Shown in pieces: positions 20,395 through 29,423 of a stretch of DNA of 64,000 nucleotides. Numbering within the stretch: the first letter of the stretch is position 1; the number at the start of each line of letters is the position of its first letter. The notes below the pieces were generated by a model, which was given only the letters and a program-made list of their open reading frames with translations, did no database searches and was not told the origin of the DNA. The stretch covers positions 33,484 through 97,483 of the forward strand of contig JAOLWQ010000002.1 of NCBI GenBank assembly GCA_028342535.1, read 5' to 3'. The DNA is from Methylophilaceae bacterium. Its GTDB lineage: Bacteria; Pseudomonadota; Gammaproteobacteria; Burkholderiales; Methylophilaceae. A program made the translations under genes and the position numbers.

Positions 20395-22140
20395 TTAGCT
20401 AAATCCTTTTTTATATAATTGAGAATAATTTTTTTTTGCTTTTAATAAGTTTTGATGCGTTCCAATTTCAACAATCTCACCATTATCAATTACCACTATT
20501 CTATCTGCATTTATTACTGTACTTAGTCTATGGGCAATTACGATCGAGGTTCGTCCTTGCATTAAATTATCCAATGCCTGCTGCACAAGCTTTTCTGATT
20601 CAGAATCCAAAGCAGATGTTGCTTCATCTAATAGTAGTATAGGAGCATTCTTCAAGATTGCTCTTGCAATTGCAATTCTTTGTTTTTGCCCTCCAGATAA
20701 TCGAACGCCTCTATCGCCTATTTTATGATCAAATCCATCAGGCAGTTTATTTATAAACTCTAAAGCATTTGCTGCTTTTGCTGCTTGCTTAACTTTTTTG
20801 GCGTCAATGTTTTTAAGCCCTCCATATGCAATATTGTTATAAATCGAATCATTAAACAATATCGTGTCTTGGCTTACCAGTGATATATGATGTCTTAAAT
20901 TATTTATCTTAATATCAGTAATATTATTTTTATCAATCAATATCGACCCAGAATCTAAATCATAAAACCTTGGAATTAAGTTTACCAGGGAGGTTTTTCC
21001 TCCGCCCGACTTACCAACCAAAGCAATTTTCTCACCTGGCATTATTTTAAGATTTAACTTATTTAGTACAATTTTTTTTATCTTCCTATATGAAAAAGTA
21101 ACATTTCTAAATTCAATATGACCAGTTATACTTTTTAGTTTCTTCTTACCAGTATCTAATTCTTCTTTCTCATCCATTACACTAAATATACTTATTGCCG
21201 CTGCAATTCCAATTTGAATTTGTTCATTTATTCCTGTGAGTTTTTTTATTGGAGATATCAGCATTAATAACGCTCCAACAAATGCTGCAAACTCGCCTGG
21301 TGTAAATCGGCCAACTGAATAGTAAACTACTAATGCAAGCGAGATTGAAGCAAGCACCTCAATCACAAAGCTATTTGCACCAGATAGTTGAGCTAATTTT
21401 GTTTGCATTTTTCTATTTCGAATTACAATTTGTGAAAATTTCTTAAATTCAAAAAGGCCTGATTCAAATATTTTTACAATACGTTGTCCAGAGATAGCTT
21501 CTTCTGATGCGCTTGTCATGTCTCCCATTGTTGATTGAACTTCGCTTCCAGCCTTTCTAAGCTTAGGTGACACAAGTTTTAAGTAAAAAACCATTAATGG
21601 AACCATTAATGCAAATATAAAAGTTAGCATCCAGTCTAAGTAGAGCATGTAACTAACGATACCAATTATAGTTAGACTTTCACGAATAGACTCTAAAGCA
21701 ACTTTTGTAGCAACAAAAGATAATTGCTCTGTTTCGTAGGTAAGTTTAGATACAATATTTCCCGAAGCATGCGAATCGAAATAAGTGACTGGAAGAATCA
21801 TTAATTTTCTAAAAGCATCGAAACGAAGGTCTTCAACAATTTTTCTGGACACCCACCGCATTGAGTATCCTGAAACAAATCCAGATAGAGCTCTAATTGT
21901 CATTAATATAACCAAAGCTATTGGGAGAAAGATAGAAGAACTTGAAGCTTGCTCAACAAAGCCTTCGTCTGTTATTTTTTTTATTAAAGCAAGAAATCCT
22001 GTATTTGTTAAAGCTAAAACAACTAAAGAAAAGATGCTAATGGATAGAGTCCATTTATATTTTAAGGCATAATTAAAAACCCTAGAATATATTTTCTTAA
22101 ATTCAGATAAGGTAACTTTAGTCGTTTGTTCTTTCGACAT
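20395..22140 (-). CDS. msbA: Lipid A export ABC transporter (permease/ATPase)
   Basis: 581 aa. Six-TM domain plus NBD with GKSGGGKTS, LSGGQKQR and LLLDEATSALD. Confidence 0.9.
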   Translation of the reverse strand: MSKEQTTKVTLSEFKKIYSRVFNYALKYKWTLSISIFSLVVLALTNTGFLALIKKITDEGFVEQASSSSIFLPIALVILMTIRALSGFVSGYSMRWVSRKIVEDLRFDAFRKLMILPVTYFDSHASGNIVSKLTYETEQLSFVATKVALESIRESLTIIGIVSYMLYLDWMLTFIFALMVPLMVFYLKLVSPKLRKAGSEVQSTMGDMTSASEEAISGQRIVKIFESGLFEFKKFSQIVIRNRKMQTKLAQLSGANSFVIEVLASISLALVVYYSVGRFTPGEFAAFVGALLMLISPIKKLTGINEQIQIGIAAAISIFSVMDEKEELDTGKKKLKSITGHIEFRNVTFSYRKIKKIVLNKLNLKIMPGEKIALVGKSGGGKTSLVNLIPRFYDLDSGSILIDKNNITDIKINNLRHHISLVSQDTILFNDSIYNNIAYGGLKNIDAKKVKQAAKAANALEFINKLPDGFDHKIGDRGVRLSGGQKQRIAIARAILKNAPILLLDEATSALDSESEKLVQQALDNLMQGRTSIVIAHRLSTVINADRIVVIDNGEIVEIGTHQNLLKAKKNYSQLYKKGFS

Positions 22141-22160
22141 AAAAATATAGGTGCTTTTCG

Positions 22161-22574
22161 TTAATTAACTTTCGTTGAAAATGTAATTTTAGTTAATCCT
22201 GCCTTCCTAGATGCTTCCATCACATTTATCACTGATTGATGTGATGCTAAAGCGTCAGCATTAATAACTAATGGGTTATCAATATTACCATCAGATATCT
22301 CTCTTAATTTAATAGTTAAATCGTCTACGGTCTGAGCGCTAATCGATTTTTGATTTATTGCATATTGGCCATCTTTACTAATTGTCACATTAATATAGTC
22401 AAGATTTTTATCAGCAATATTTGCTTCCGCTGTTGGTAAATTAATTTTTAATTGGCTAAAACGAGCAAAGGTTGTACTGACAACCAAAAATATAATAATA
22501 ACAAGCAAAACATCGATTAAGGGAATAAAATTAATTTCAAATTCATCATTTTTTTTGTCTTTTTGAAAGTTCAT
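22161..22574 (-). CDS. exbD: ExbD/TolR family biopolymer transport protein
   Basis: 137 aa. INFIPLIDVLLVIIIFL TM helix with the conserved Asp, plus a periplasmic domain. Confidence 0.85.
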   Translation of the reverse strand: MNFQKDKKNDEFEINFIPLIDVLLVIIIFLVVSTTFARFSQLKINLPTAEANIADKNLDYINVTISKDGQYAINQKSISAQTVDDLTIKLREISDGNIDNPLVINADALASHQSVINVMEASRKAGLTKITFSTKVN

Positions 22575-22584
22575 CTAAATACCT

Positions 22585-23190
22585 CTACTTTCTTTTGCCA
22601 TTGATAATTTCTACTAACTTAATTGCTTGTTGTTCCATTTCGACAATAAGGGTATCAATCTTTGTCCTAAAAAAACGATAAGCAATCATAGCTGGGACAG
22701 CTACTACTATTCCACCAGCTGTATTATATAAAGCAATTGAAATTCCCCTGGCGAAAATAGCAACATCATTACCGCTACTTGTAAATGAGCTAAATAACTC
22801 AACCATTCCAATAATAGTTCCAAATAAACCCAGTAAAGGGGCTACAGTTGCAATTGTTCCTAGGGTGGATAGATATTTTTCTAGTTTATGATTCACAGCC
22901 CTTCCTGTTTCTTCAATGGCCTCTTTAATGATTTCTGAAGGGCTATTATAGTTATTTAATGCACTTGCGAAAATCTCTCCTAGCATGGAATGGTCTTGTA
23001 AAGATTGAATAGCCTCTTTCTTTACGCCATCTTTTGTTATCATCTTTTGTACTTCCAAAAGCAAATTGACTGGCGCAATAATATTTACTCTTAACGCCCA
23101 AAGTCTTTCAAATATAATAGCTACAGCCATAATTGAAGCAAAAATTAAAGGCCAAATTGGCCAGCCTGCTGCGTTAATAATATCCAACAC
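22585..23190 (-). CDS. exbB: MotA/TolQ/ExbB family proton channel
   Basis: 201 aa. Three TM helices and the LGLFGTIIGM motif. GTG start preceded by an AGGAGA SD. Confidence 0.85.
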   Translation of the reverse strand: MLDIINAAGWPIWPLIFASIMAVAIIFERLWALRVNIIAPVNLLLEVQKMITKDGVKKEAIQSLQDHSMLGEIFASALNNYNSPSEIIKEAIEETGRAVNHKLEKYLSTLGTIATVAPLLGLFGTIIGMVELFSSFTSSGNDVAIFARGISIALYNTAGGIVVAVPAMIAYRFFRTKIDTLIVEMEQQAIKLVEIINGKRK

Positions 23191-23230
23191 TATATATTTC
23201 TCCTATATTTAATAATTAATAATGATTATA

Positions 23231-23908
23231 CTAGGTCGCTGTGATTTTACCCTGAGTTAAATTATAAATTTTGTTCATTTTTTTTGCCAAGGAAAGATCG
23301 TGAGTTACCAAAATAATAGATGTTTCTAACTCCTCTGCAAGCTCTAAAAATAAATCAAAAACCTTATTAGCATTTTTATTATCTAAATTCCCCGTTGGTT
23401 CATCAGCTAGAATAATATCTGGAGAGGTAATAATGGCTCTTCCAATAGATATTCTTTGTCTTTCACCGCCAGATAGCTCGTGCGGGTAGTGATTAATTCT
23501 TTTTTCAAGCCCCAATTTTTTTACAATTAAGGATAATTGAGTATTATGTTTTTTAGTTAAATTTCCTCTAATTGTCAAAGGCATCATCATATTCTCAAGC
23601 GCTGTGAAATCAGGCATTAAGTGATGAAATTGATAAATAAAGCCTAAACTATTATTTCTTAAGGCGCATAAATCATTAGATTTCATAGTTGTTAAATCTT
23701 TATTTAGTATAGTAATTTGTCCATTATCAGGTTTTTCAAGTCCCGCCATTAAATGAAGTAAAGTGCTTTTCCCAGAACCAGAGACTCCTGTAATTGCAAT
23801 CTTCTGCGCAGCTTTAACAGTTAAATTAATATTATTTAACACAGGCTGATCTAATCCAGTAAAAGATTTTGTTACTTGATTAATTTTTAATGTTATTTGA
23901 TTATTCAT
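23231..23908 (-). CDS. lolD: Lipoprotein-releasing system ATP-binding protein
   Basis: 225 aa. GVSGSGKST, LSGGERQR, ILADEPTGNLD. Overlaps the upstream lolC/E. Confidence 0.9.
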   Translation of the reverse strand: MNNQITLKINQVTKSFTGLDQPVLNNINLTVKAAQKIAITGVSGSGKSTLLHLMAGLEKPDNGQITILNKDLTTMKSNDLCALRNNSLGFIYQFHHLMPDFTALENMMMPLTIRGNLTKKHNTQLSLIVKKLGLEKRINHYPHELSGGERQRISIGRAIITSPDIILADEPTGNLDNKNANKVFDLFLELAEELETSIILVTHDLSLAKKMNKIYNLTQGKITAT

Positions 23909-25169
23909 ATTTTAAAGCTGTTGCAGGATCAATTCTTGAAGCTCTAATGCTTGGGTAAATTGTAGCAATAATAGATAAAAATAAACTCATAGAACCAATA
24001 AAAATTACATCACTTAAAAGAAGTTTTGATGGTAAAGCAGAAATATAGTAGATATCTTTAGATAAAAACTGAACTCCGAATAAGCCCTCAATAAAAGGAA
24101 CGATAACATCAATATTTAATGAGATTGATGTGCCTAACAGTATCCCTAAAAAAGTACCAACAATACCAATTAAAATTCCTTGCCATATAAAAATAAATAA
24201 AATACTTTTTTTTGTTGCTCCCAAAGTTCTCAAAATAGCAATATCAGATCGTTTCTCGGTCACACCCATCACAAGTGTAGAAACAATATTAAATGCAGCC
24301 ACAGCTACGATTAAAGTCAAAATAATAAACATCACCTTTTTTTCCATCTGGATTGCTGCAAACAAGTTTGCATGCTGTCTAGTCCAATCTGTTACAACAA
24401 GGTTATCAGAATTTTCAAAAGTGCCAGAAATTAATGATGCAGTTTTCCTTGTTTGATTCAAATCATGTAATTTAACTCTGAGACCAGAAATAAGTGAATT
24501 CATTTGGAACAAGGTTTGTGCATCATTCAAGTGAATTAAAACTAAACCAGCATCATATTCATACATTCCAACCTCAAAAATACCTTTAATCTTGAATTGT
24601 TTTAGACGAGGCAGCATACCTACAGGAGAATAGTTAGCTTGAGAGCTAATCAAAGAAATTTTATCACCAACTGATAATCCAAAATATCTCGCAATGTCAG
24701 AACCAATTAATATCTCATAGTTATTTCGAATAAGATTAAACTCCCCTCCCTCCTTAATTTTTAAATTTAAATCACTTACTTTAGGCTCTAGGCTGGGATC
24801 AATTCCTCTAACTATGACTCCTCGATTATATTTACCTAGGGATAGCATTGCTTGATTATTTGTAAATGGAGCAATGGCTGCTATATTTTCAAGGTCTTTT
24901 AGATTTAATTTGAGCTGTCTCCAATCTTTTAGATTTGTACCTATCTTTACAACCTCAATGTCGGATGCAACGCTTAATATTTTGCTTTGTAATTCAGCTT
25001 TAAACCCATTCATAACTGAAAGCACTACGATTAAAGCAGTAACTCCTAAAGTAATGCCAATAATGCTCGTTAAAGAGATAAAAGAGATAAAATTTCTACT
25101 TTTTAGGCGTGTATATCTTAAAGCTATCCAGAATTCGTAGAAATTATTTTTAAGAAAATTTATAATCAT
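23901..25169 (-). CDS. lolC: Lipoprotein-releasing system transmembrane subunit LolC/LolE
   Basis: 422 aa with MacB-like FtsX topology, a large periplasmic loop, and the C-terminal AIL..LGA...I..IF motif. Confidence 0.88.
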   Translation of the reverse strand: MIINFLKNNFYEFWIALRYTRLKSRNFISFISLTSIIGITLGVTALIVVLSVMNGFKAELQSKILSVASDIEVVKIGTNLKDWRQLKLNLKDLENIAAIAPFTNNQAMLSLGKYNRGVIVRGIDPSLEPKVSDLNLKIKEGGEFNLIRNNYEILIGSDIARYFGLSVGDKISLISSQANYSPVGMLPRLKQFKIKGIFEVGMYEYDAGLVLIHLNDAQTLFQMNSLISGLRVKLHDLNQTRKTASLISGTFENSDNLVVTDWTRQHANLFAAIQMEKKVMFIILTLIVAVAAFNIVSTLVMGVTEKRSDIAILRTLGATKKSILFIFIWQGILIGIVGTFLGILLGTSISLNIDVIVPFIEGLFGVQFLSKDIYYISALPSKLLLSDVIFIGSMSLFLSIIATIYPSIRASRIDPATALKYE

Positions 25170-25199
25170 ATTATTTTTTAAACTTGACTCGAAGCATTC

Positions 25200-25208
25200 T
25201 GCTAGAAT
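25200..25208 (+). promoter_or_regulatory. Candidate extended -10 element (TGcTAGAAT) directly upstream of ribE
   Basis: TGCTAGAAT ends 6 nt before the ribE ATG (25215). No SD-like sequence lies in between. The whole divergent intergenic region is only 45 nt. Confidence 0.3.
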
Positions 25209-25214
25209 TATGGC

Positions 25215-25802
25215 ATGTTTACTGGAATAATTGAATCTGTTGGTGAAATCACATCGCTTAATGTCAAAAAAGGTGATTGTGAAATAAAAATTAAATACAA
25301 ATCTTCATGCTTAAATGATGTATCACTTGGAGATAGTGTTTCTGTAAATGGAATATGCTTGACTGTTAAAAAGGTTAATAAAAGTTTTATCTATTTTGAT
25401 CTTTCAAACGAAACAATATCAAGAATCTCAGAGTTTAAAGAAGGTGAAACTGTTAATCTTGAAAGTTCTTTAAGGATTAACGGTAAAGTATCAGGTCATT
25501 TTGTATTTGGTCATATTGATGGAATAGCTAAATTAATAAAGAATGACATAAAGAGTCGAAGTGAGGAATGGACAGTAAAACCACCAAAAAGACTCATGAA
25601 ATATATTTCTGAAAAAGGGTCTATAACAATTAATGGGGTTAGTCTTACAATTAATTCTGTTCAGGAAAGCTCATTTAAGATTAATCTAATACCCTACACA
25701 CTTAACCATACAACACTCAAAAATTTTGATATTGGAAATAAAATGAATATTGAAATTGATATGCTTGCTAGATATGTTGAAACTATTTTAAAGAAATCAT
25801 AA
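25215..25802 (+). CDS. ribE: Riboflavin synthase (alpha chain)
   Basis: 195 aa. MFTGIIE N-terminus and a duplicated lumazine-binding barrel (SVNGICLTV / TINGVSLTI). Confidence 0.92.
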   Translation: MFTGIIESVGEITSLNVKKGDCEIKIKYKSSCLNDVSLGDSVSVNGICLTVKKVNKSFIYFDLSNETISRISEFKEGETVNLESSLRINGKVSGHFVFGHIDGIAKLIKNDIKSRSEEWTVKPPKRLMKYISEKGSITINGVSLTINSVQESSFKINLIPYTLNHTTLKNFDIGNKMNIEIDMLARYVETILKKS

Positions 25803-25806
25803 TACT

Positions 25807-26886
25807 ATGAATACAACAGAAGAAATTATAGAAGACCTTAAGAATGGGAAAATGGTTATCTTGGTTGATGATGAAGATAGAGAAAATGAAGGAGATTTAG
25901 TTTTAGCAGCTGAATTTACTACTCCGGCCCATATTAATTTTATGTCTAAATTTGGAAGAGGTTTAATTTGTTTGACCCTCACCGCAGAACGGTGCAAAAA
26001 ATTAAAGTTACCATTAATGGTTCAAGAGAATGAAGGAAAATTAGGAACAAATTTTACAGTATCGATTGAAGCTGCTTCAGGAGTTACAACCGGAATTTCT
26101 GCAAGTGACAGAGCTAAAACCATAACTGCAGCAATATCAAAAAATGCAAATCATAAAAGTATTGTTAGGCCTGGACACATCTTCCCTTTAATATCTCATC
26201 CTGGAGGTGTTCTATATAGAGCGGGGCATACTGAAGCTGGTTGTGATCTTGCAGAGCTTGCAAAGTTAGAGCCTGCCTCTGTAATATGTGAGATATTAAA
26301 TGAAGATGGCAGTATGGCTCGTCTGCCAGAATTAATTAAATTTTCAAAAGAACATAAGATAAAAATTGGAACAATTGCTGATTTAATAGAGTTTAGAAGT
26401 AGAAAAGATAAGCTTATAAAAAAAATAAGCGAGCAAATAATTGATACGGATTATGGACAAATGCAGCTTTTACTTTATTCTGACTTATTATCCAAAAATT
26501 CTCATTTGGCTCTTGTAAAAGGAAAAATTAATGCTGAAGATGAGGTATTAGTTAGAGTTCATGCCCCATTATCTATTCTTGATTTTATTGACAAAAATAC
26601 CCAGCATTCTTGGCCACCTTTAAAGGCATTGGAAGAAATTAGTAAGTCTGCTAATGGAGTGATTATATTTCTTAACTATCAAGAATCGCAAAATAAAATC
26701 TCTGATATTTTAGAAACTATCAATACACCTACAGACAATACAAATGATTTGAGAAATTATGGAATTGGGTCTCAAATCCTTGTTGATATAGGGGTAAAGA
26801 AAATGAAATTACTAGCCTCACCAAGGAAAATGCCAAGCATGATAGGCTATGGGCTTCAAGTTACTGAATTTATTGAAAATAATTAG
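25807..26886 (+). CDS. ribBA: 3,4-dihydroxy-2-butanone-4-phosphate synthase fused to a degenerate GTP cyclohydrolase II-like domain (RibBX type)
   Basis: 359 aa. The N-terminal DHBP synthase is intact (DDEDRENEGDLV, HTEAG). The C-terminal domain lacks the Cys zinc triad: RVHAPLSILDFIDKN where RVHSEC..GD..GS.RCDCG is expected. Confidence 0.88.
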   Translation: MNTTEEIIEDLKNGKMVILVDDEDRENEGDLVLAAEFTTPAHINFMSKFGRGLICLTLTAERCKKLKLPLMVQENEGKLGTNFTVSIEAASGVTTGISASDRAKTITAAISKNANHKSIVRPGHIFPLISHPGGVLYRAGHTEAGCDLAELAKLEPASVICEILNEDGSMARLPELIKFSKEHKIKIGTIADLIEFRSRKDKLIKKISEQIIDTDYGQMQLLLYSDLLSKNSHLALVKGKINAEDEVLVRVHAPLSILDFIDKNTQHSWPPLKALEEISKSANGVIIFLNYQESQNKISDILETINTPTDNTNDLRNYGIGSQILVDIGVKKMKLLASPRKMPSMIGYGLQVTEFIENN

Positions 26887-26960
26887 CAAAACTTTATTTA
26901 TTTTATGATAAAATAAATTGTTGATTACATTAAAATACAATTTAAATTGTAAATTCTTCA

Positions 26961-26986
26961 AAAAGGGTTCTAACCCTTTTTTTTTA
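26961..26986 (+). terminator. Rho-independent terminator after ribBA
   Basis: AAAAGGG-ttctaa-CCCTTTT hairpin followed by a T-run. Confidence 0.65.
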
Positions 26987-27011
26987 AGTCAATCTATAAT
27001 TCTCACATTCC

Positions 27012-27497
27012 ATGCTTAACCAGATCAAAATAGTAAAAAAAATAGAAGGGAATATTTTATCATTTGATTTTGGTGAAAAAAGAATTGGGGTTGCGATTGG
27101 AAATAGCATTACAAAAAGTTCTCATCCATTAGAAACTATAAATACACCCAAAAATACAGAAAGATATAAACTTATTGAGTTGTTACTAAAGACTTGGGAG
27201 CCAGTTAATTTGGTTATAGGCTACCCATTAAACGATGATGGGTCTCTTTCTAAAATGAGCTTGTTAGCAAAAAAATTTGGTATGAAATTGAGTAATAAAT
27301 ATAACATTCCAATAACAATGATAGATGAAAGGTTTACTTCTTCGGAAGCTGATTTAGAATTGAAAAAATTCGAAAAAAATTTTAAAAAGAGAAAAATTGT
27401 TATCGATCAAGTTGCTGCAATGATTATACTCGATTCCTTTTTTGAAAATTATAGTGATGAAGATTTCAATAAAAAAAATTTTCAAGAGACTTTATGA
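27012..27497 (+). CDS. ruvX: YqgF/RuvX putative pre-16S rRNA nuclease
   Basis: 161 aa with the [16 protein letters not shown] motif. Confidence 0.85.
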   Translation: MLNQIKIVKKIEGNILSFDFGEKRIGVAIGNSITKSSHPLETINTPKNTERYKLIELLLKTWEPVNLVIGYPLNDDGSLSKMSLLAKKFGMKLSNKYNIPITMIDERFTSSEADLELKKFEKNFKKRKIVIDQVAAMIILDSFFENYSDEDFNKKNFQETL

Positions 27498-28447
27498 TGC
27501 AAAATCTTCAACAAAATAAAAATAAAAAACTTCAACACCTTTTATCAATCAAAGGGCTAGATAAAAAAATTATTGAACAAATATTTAATGATGCAGATAA
27601 ATTTCTTGAAAAAAAAGATATAAAGTTAGATAACTACACATCCTTAAATGGAAAAACAGTTTGTAATCTTTTCTTTGAAAATAGTACCCGAACTCAGACT
27701 ACATTTGAAATTGCTGCAAAAAGACTATCAGCAAATGTTATAAATTTAGACATAGCAACATCATCACAATCTAAAGGTGAATCAATCCTTGATTTAATAA
27801 ATAATTTAATTGCTATGAGTGTTGATATTTTTGTTGTGAGGCACTCCGAGCCAGGTATCCCAGAATTAATTGCCAAAAATATTAAATCGAATGCTCACGT
27901 AATCAATGCTGGTGACGGTAATAGAGAGCATCCAACTCAAGGACTTTTAGATGCTTTTACTATAAGAGAATTTAAAAAAGATTTTTCTAACCTTAAAGTT
28001 GCAATTGTTGGAGATATTGAGCATTCGAGAGTAGCGAAATCAGAAATTAGCATTTTATCTACTCTTGGTACTAAAGAAATTAGAGTGGTAGGGCCTAAAG
28101 CTCTAATGCCCAGTAATATTGATGATCTGAATGTAAACGTTTTCTACACGATGGAGGAAGGATTAAAGGATGTTGATGTAGTAATGATGCTTCGCATCCA
28201 AAAGGAACGTATGAGTAATAAAACGGTTCCATCTGAAAGTGAATACTTTAAAAATTTTGGGCTTAATCAGAAACGTCTTAAAATCGCGAAAGATAATGCT
28301 CTAGTTTTACATCCAGGTCCCATTAATAGAGGTGTAGAAATTGAGTCTGAAGTGGCAGATGGCAAGCAGTCAGTAATTCTTAATCAAGTTAAGAATGGTA
28401 TAGCAATAAGAATGGCAGTCATGGCAATGATGGTAGATACAAAATAA
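27494..28447 (+). CDS. pyrB: Aspartate carbamoyltransferase catalytic subunit
   Basis: 317 aa. [29 protein letters not shown]. Confidence 0.95.
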   Translation: MMQNLQQNKNKKLQHLLSIKGLDKKIIEQIFNDADKFLEKKDIKLDNYTSLNGKTVCNLFFENSTRTQTTFEIAAKRLSANVINLDIATSSQSKGESILDLINNLIAMSVDIFVVRHSEPGIPELIAKNIKSNAHVINAGDGNREHPTQGLLDAFTIREFKKDFSNLKVAIVGDIEHSRVAKSEISILSTLGTKEIRVVGPKALMPSNIDDLNVNVFYTMEEGLKDVDVVMMLRIQKERMSNKTVPSESEYFKNFGLNQKRLKIAKDNALVLHPGPINRGVEIESEVADGKQSVILNQVKNGIAIRMAVMAMMVDTK

Positions 28448-28531
28448 AAAGGCTTTAAAAATAAATACTTATTATTTTTATGTATATAATAAACAATAAT
28501 TTAAATTTGTTTTGATCAAAAGGGGAAATTG

Positions 28532-28687
28532 ATGCTAGAAAAACTAATTAATGCTCTGCTAGGAAAAGAATCAAAAGCGACTCCGACAGCAGTAGCTAAA
28601 AAGAAACCAGTAGCTAAAAAGAAACCAGTAGCTAAAAAGAAACCAGCGGCTAAAAAGAAACCAGCGGCTAAAAAGAAAAAAAGATAG
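28532..28687 (+). CDS. Small (51 aa) lysine-rich protein with tandem VAKKKP/AAKKKP repeats; histone H1-like / nucleic-acid-binding candidate
   Basis: Own translation: MLEKLINALLGKESKATPTAVAKKKPVAKKKPVAKKKPAAKKKPAAKKKKR. An AGGGGA SD lies 5 nt upstream and a TATAAT sits at 28485-28490. A strong hairpin terminator follows immediately downstream. Below the ORF-track length cutoff. Confidence 0.6.
   Translation: MLEKLINALLGKESKATPTAVAKKKPVAKKKPVAKKKPAAKKKPAAKKKKR
28592..28681 (+). repeat. Five tandem copies of an 18-nt unit (GTAGCTAAAAAGAAACCA and variants), in frame within the small lysine-rich ORF
   Basis: Direct reading. Copies 1-3 are identical. Copy 4 has GCG for GTA. Copy 5 also has GCG for GTA and ends AAA instead of CCA. 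Confidence 0.9.
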
Positions 28688-28708
28688 TGAGGGTTTAAAT
28701 TGAGTCTT

Positions 28709-28741
28709 AAAAAAACCAAGCTATTTAGCTTGGTTTTTTTT
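28709..28741. terminator. Strong, potentially bidirectional rho-independent terminator
   Basis: AAAAAAACCAAGCT-attt-AGCTTGGTTTTTTTT: a 14-bp perfect stem flanked by an A-run and a T-run. Confidence 0.7.
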
Positions 28742-28751
28742 AATTTAAGAT

Positions 28752-29423
28752 ATGTCACTAATTAAAAAAAATATACTTAACATTATTGATGAATTAGAAC
28801 AAAATAATTCTCAAAAAGATAGCAAGGTGCGGCTTGTCGCAGTAAGTAAAGGTCAAGGCCAAGAAAAAATTCTGGAAGCCTTAAAATCTGGTCATAATAT
28901 TTTTGGTGAAAATTACCTTCAAGAAGCTATTGATAAACAAAAAAGTCTTACAAATTATAAAATTGAATGGCACTTCATTGGACCAATACAAAGTAATAAG
29001 TGTAAATTAATAGCTGAAAATTTTTCATGGGTTCATAGTGTAGACCGAATCAAAGTAGCAAATAAATTAAATGATTCACTTCAAGAAAAAACCTTACTTA
29101 ATGTCTGTATGCAAGTAAACATTAGTAATGAAGATAGTAAAAGTGGGCTAAACATTAATGAAATAGATTCTCTCGCAAAACATATTAATAACTTAGATAA
29201 ATTAACATTAAGGGGTCTTATGGCAATCCCGACAAATACAAGCAATGATGAAATCCTTAGAAATGAATACAATCAATTAAAAAATATATATGAGGATCTC
29301 AGAAAAAAGTACGCATCAATTGATACTCTTTCAATGGGGATGTCTAACGACTACTTGTTAGCGATTGAAAATGGGGCTAATCTTGTACGAATAGGAAGTA
29401 AAATTTTTGGTAAAAGAAAATAA
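28752..29423 (+). CDS. yggS: YggS family pyridoxal-phosphate homeostasis protein
   Basis: 223 aa. VAVSKGQ, FGENYLQE, WHFIGPIQSNK, LSMGMSNDY. Confidence 0.88.
   Translation: MSLIKKNILNIIDELEQNNSQKDSKVRLVAVSKGQGQEKILEALKSGHNIFGENYLQEAIDKQKSLTNYKIEWHFIGPIQSNKCKLIAENFSWVHSVDRIKVANKLNDSLQEKTLLNVCMQVNISNEDSKSGLNINEIDSLAKHINNLDKLTLRGLMAIPTNTSNDEILRNEYNQLKNIYEDLRKKYASIDTLSMGMSNDYLLAIENGANLVRIGSKIFGKRK

Noticed and set aside
23191-23230. Fur-like half-site (TATAATCATTAT) upstream of exbB
   Set aside because: Only one half of the 19-bp consensus matches. The same hexamer is equally well explained as the -10 promoter element, so it is not distinguishable from AT-rich background.
25170-25214. FMN riboswitch upstream of the rib genes
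   Set aside because: The intergenic region is 45 nt, far too short for an FMN aptamer, and no conserved RFN-like sequence was seen.
26936-26951. Perfect 16-nt palindrome TACAATTTAAATTGTA, plus an A/T-only hairpin at about 26895-26918, between ribBA and ruvX
   Set aside because: It is composed almost entirely of A/T in an AT-rich intergenic region and occurs only once in the window. There is no partner regulator gene. This is plausibly chance or part of the terminator/promoter context.
28592-28681. Possible CRISPR-like or minisatellite array (18-nt repeats, 5 copies)
   Set aside because: The repeats are directly contiguous with no spacers, in frame and coding. The unit is shorter than CRISPR repeats, and no cas genes are present.
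28516-28758. 80-aa minus-strand ORF from the track, with FFLAAGFFLATG repeats
   Set aside because: It is the reverse-complement shadow of the plus-strand AKKKP repeat. It has no SD, runs through the terminator hairpin and into the yggS start, and would be a low-complexity Phe/Leu/Ala/Gly peptide. The plus-strand 51-aa ORF has an SD, a promoter-like element and a terminator.
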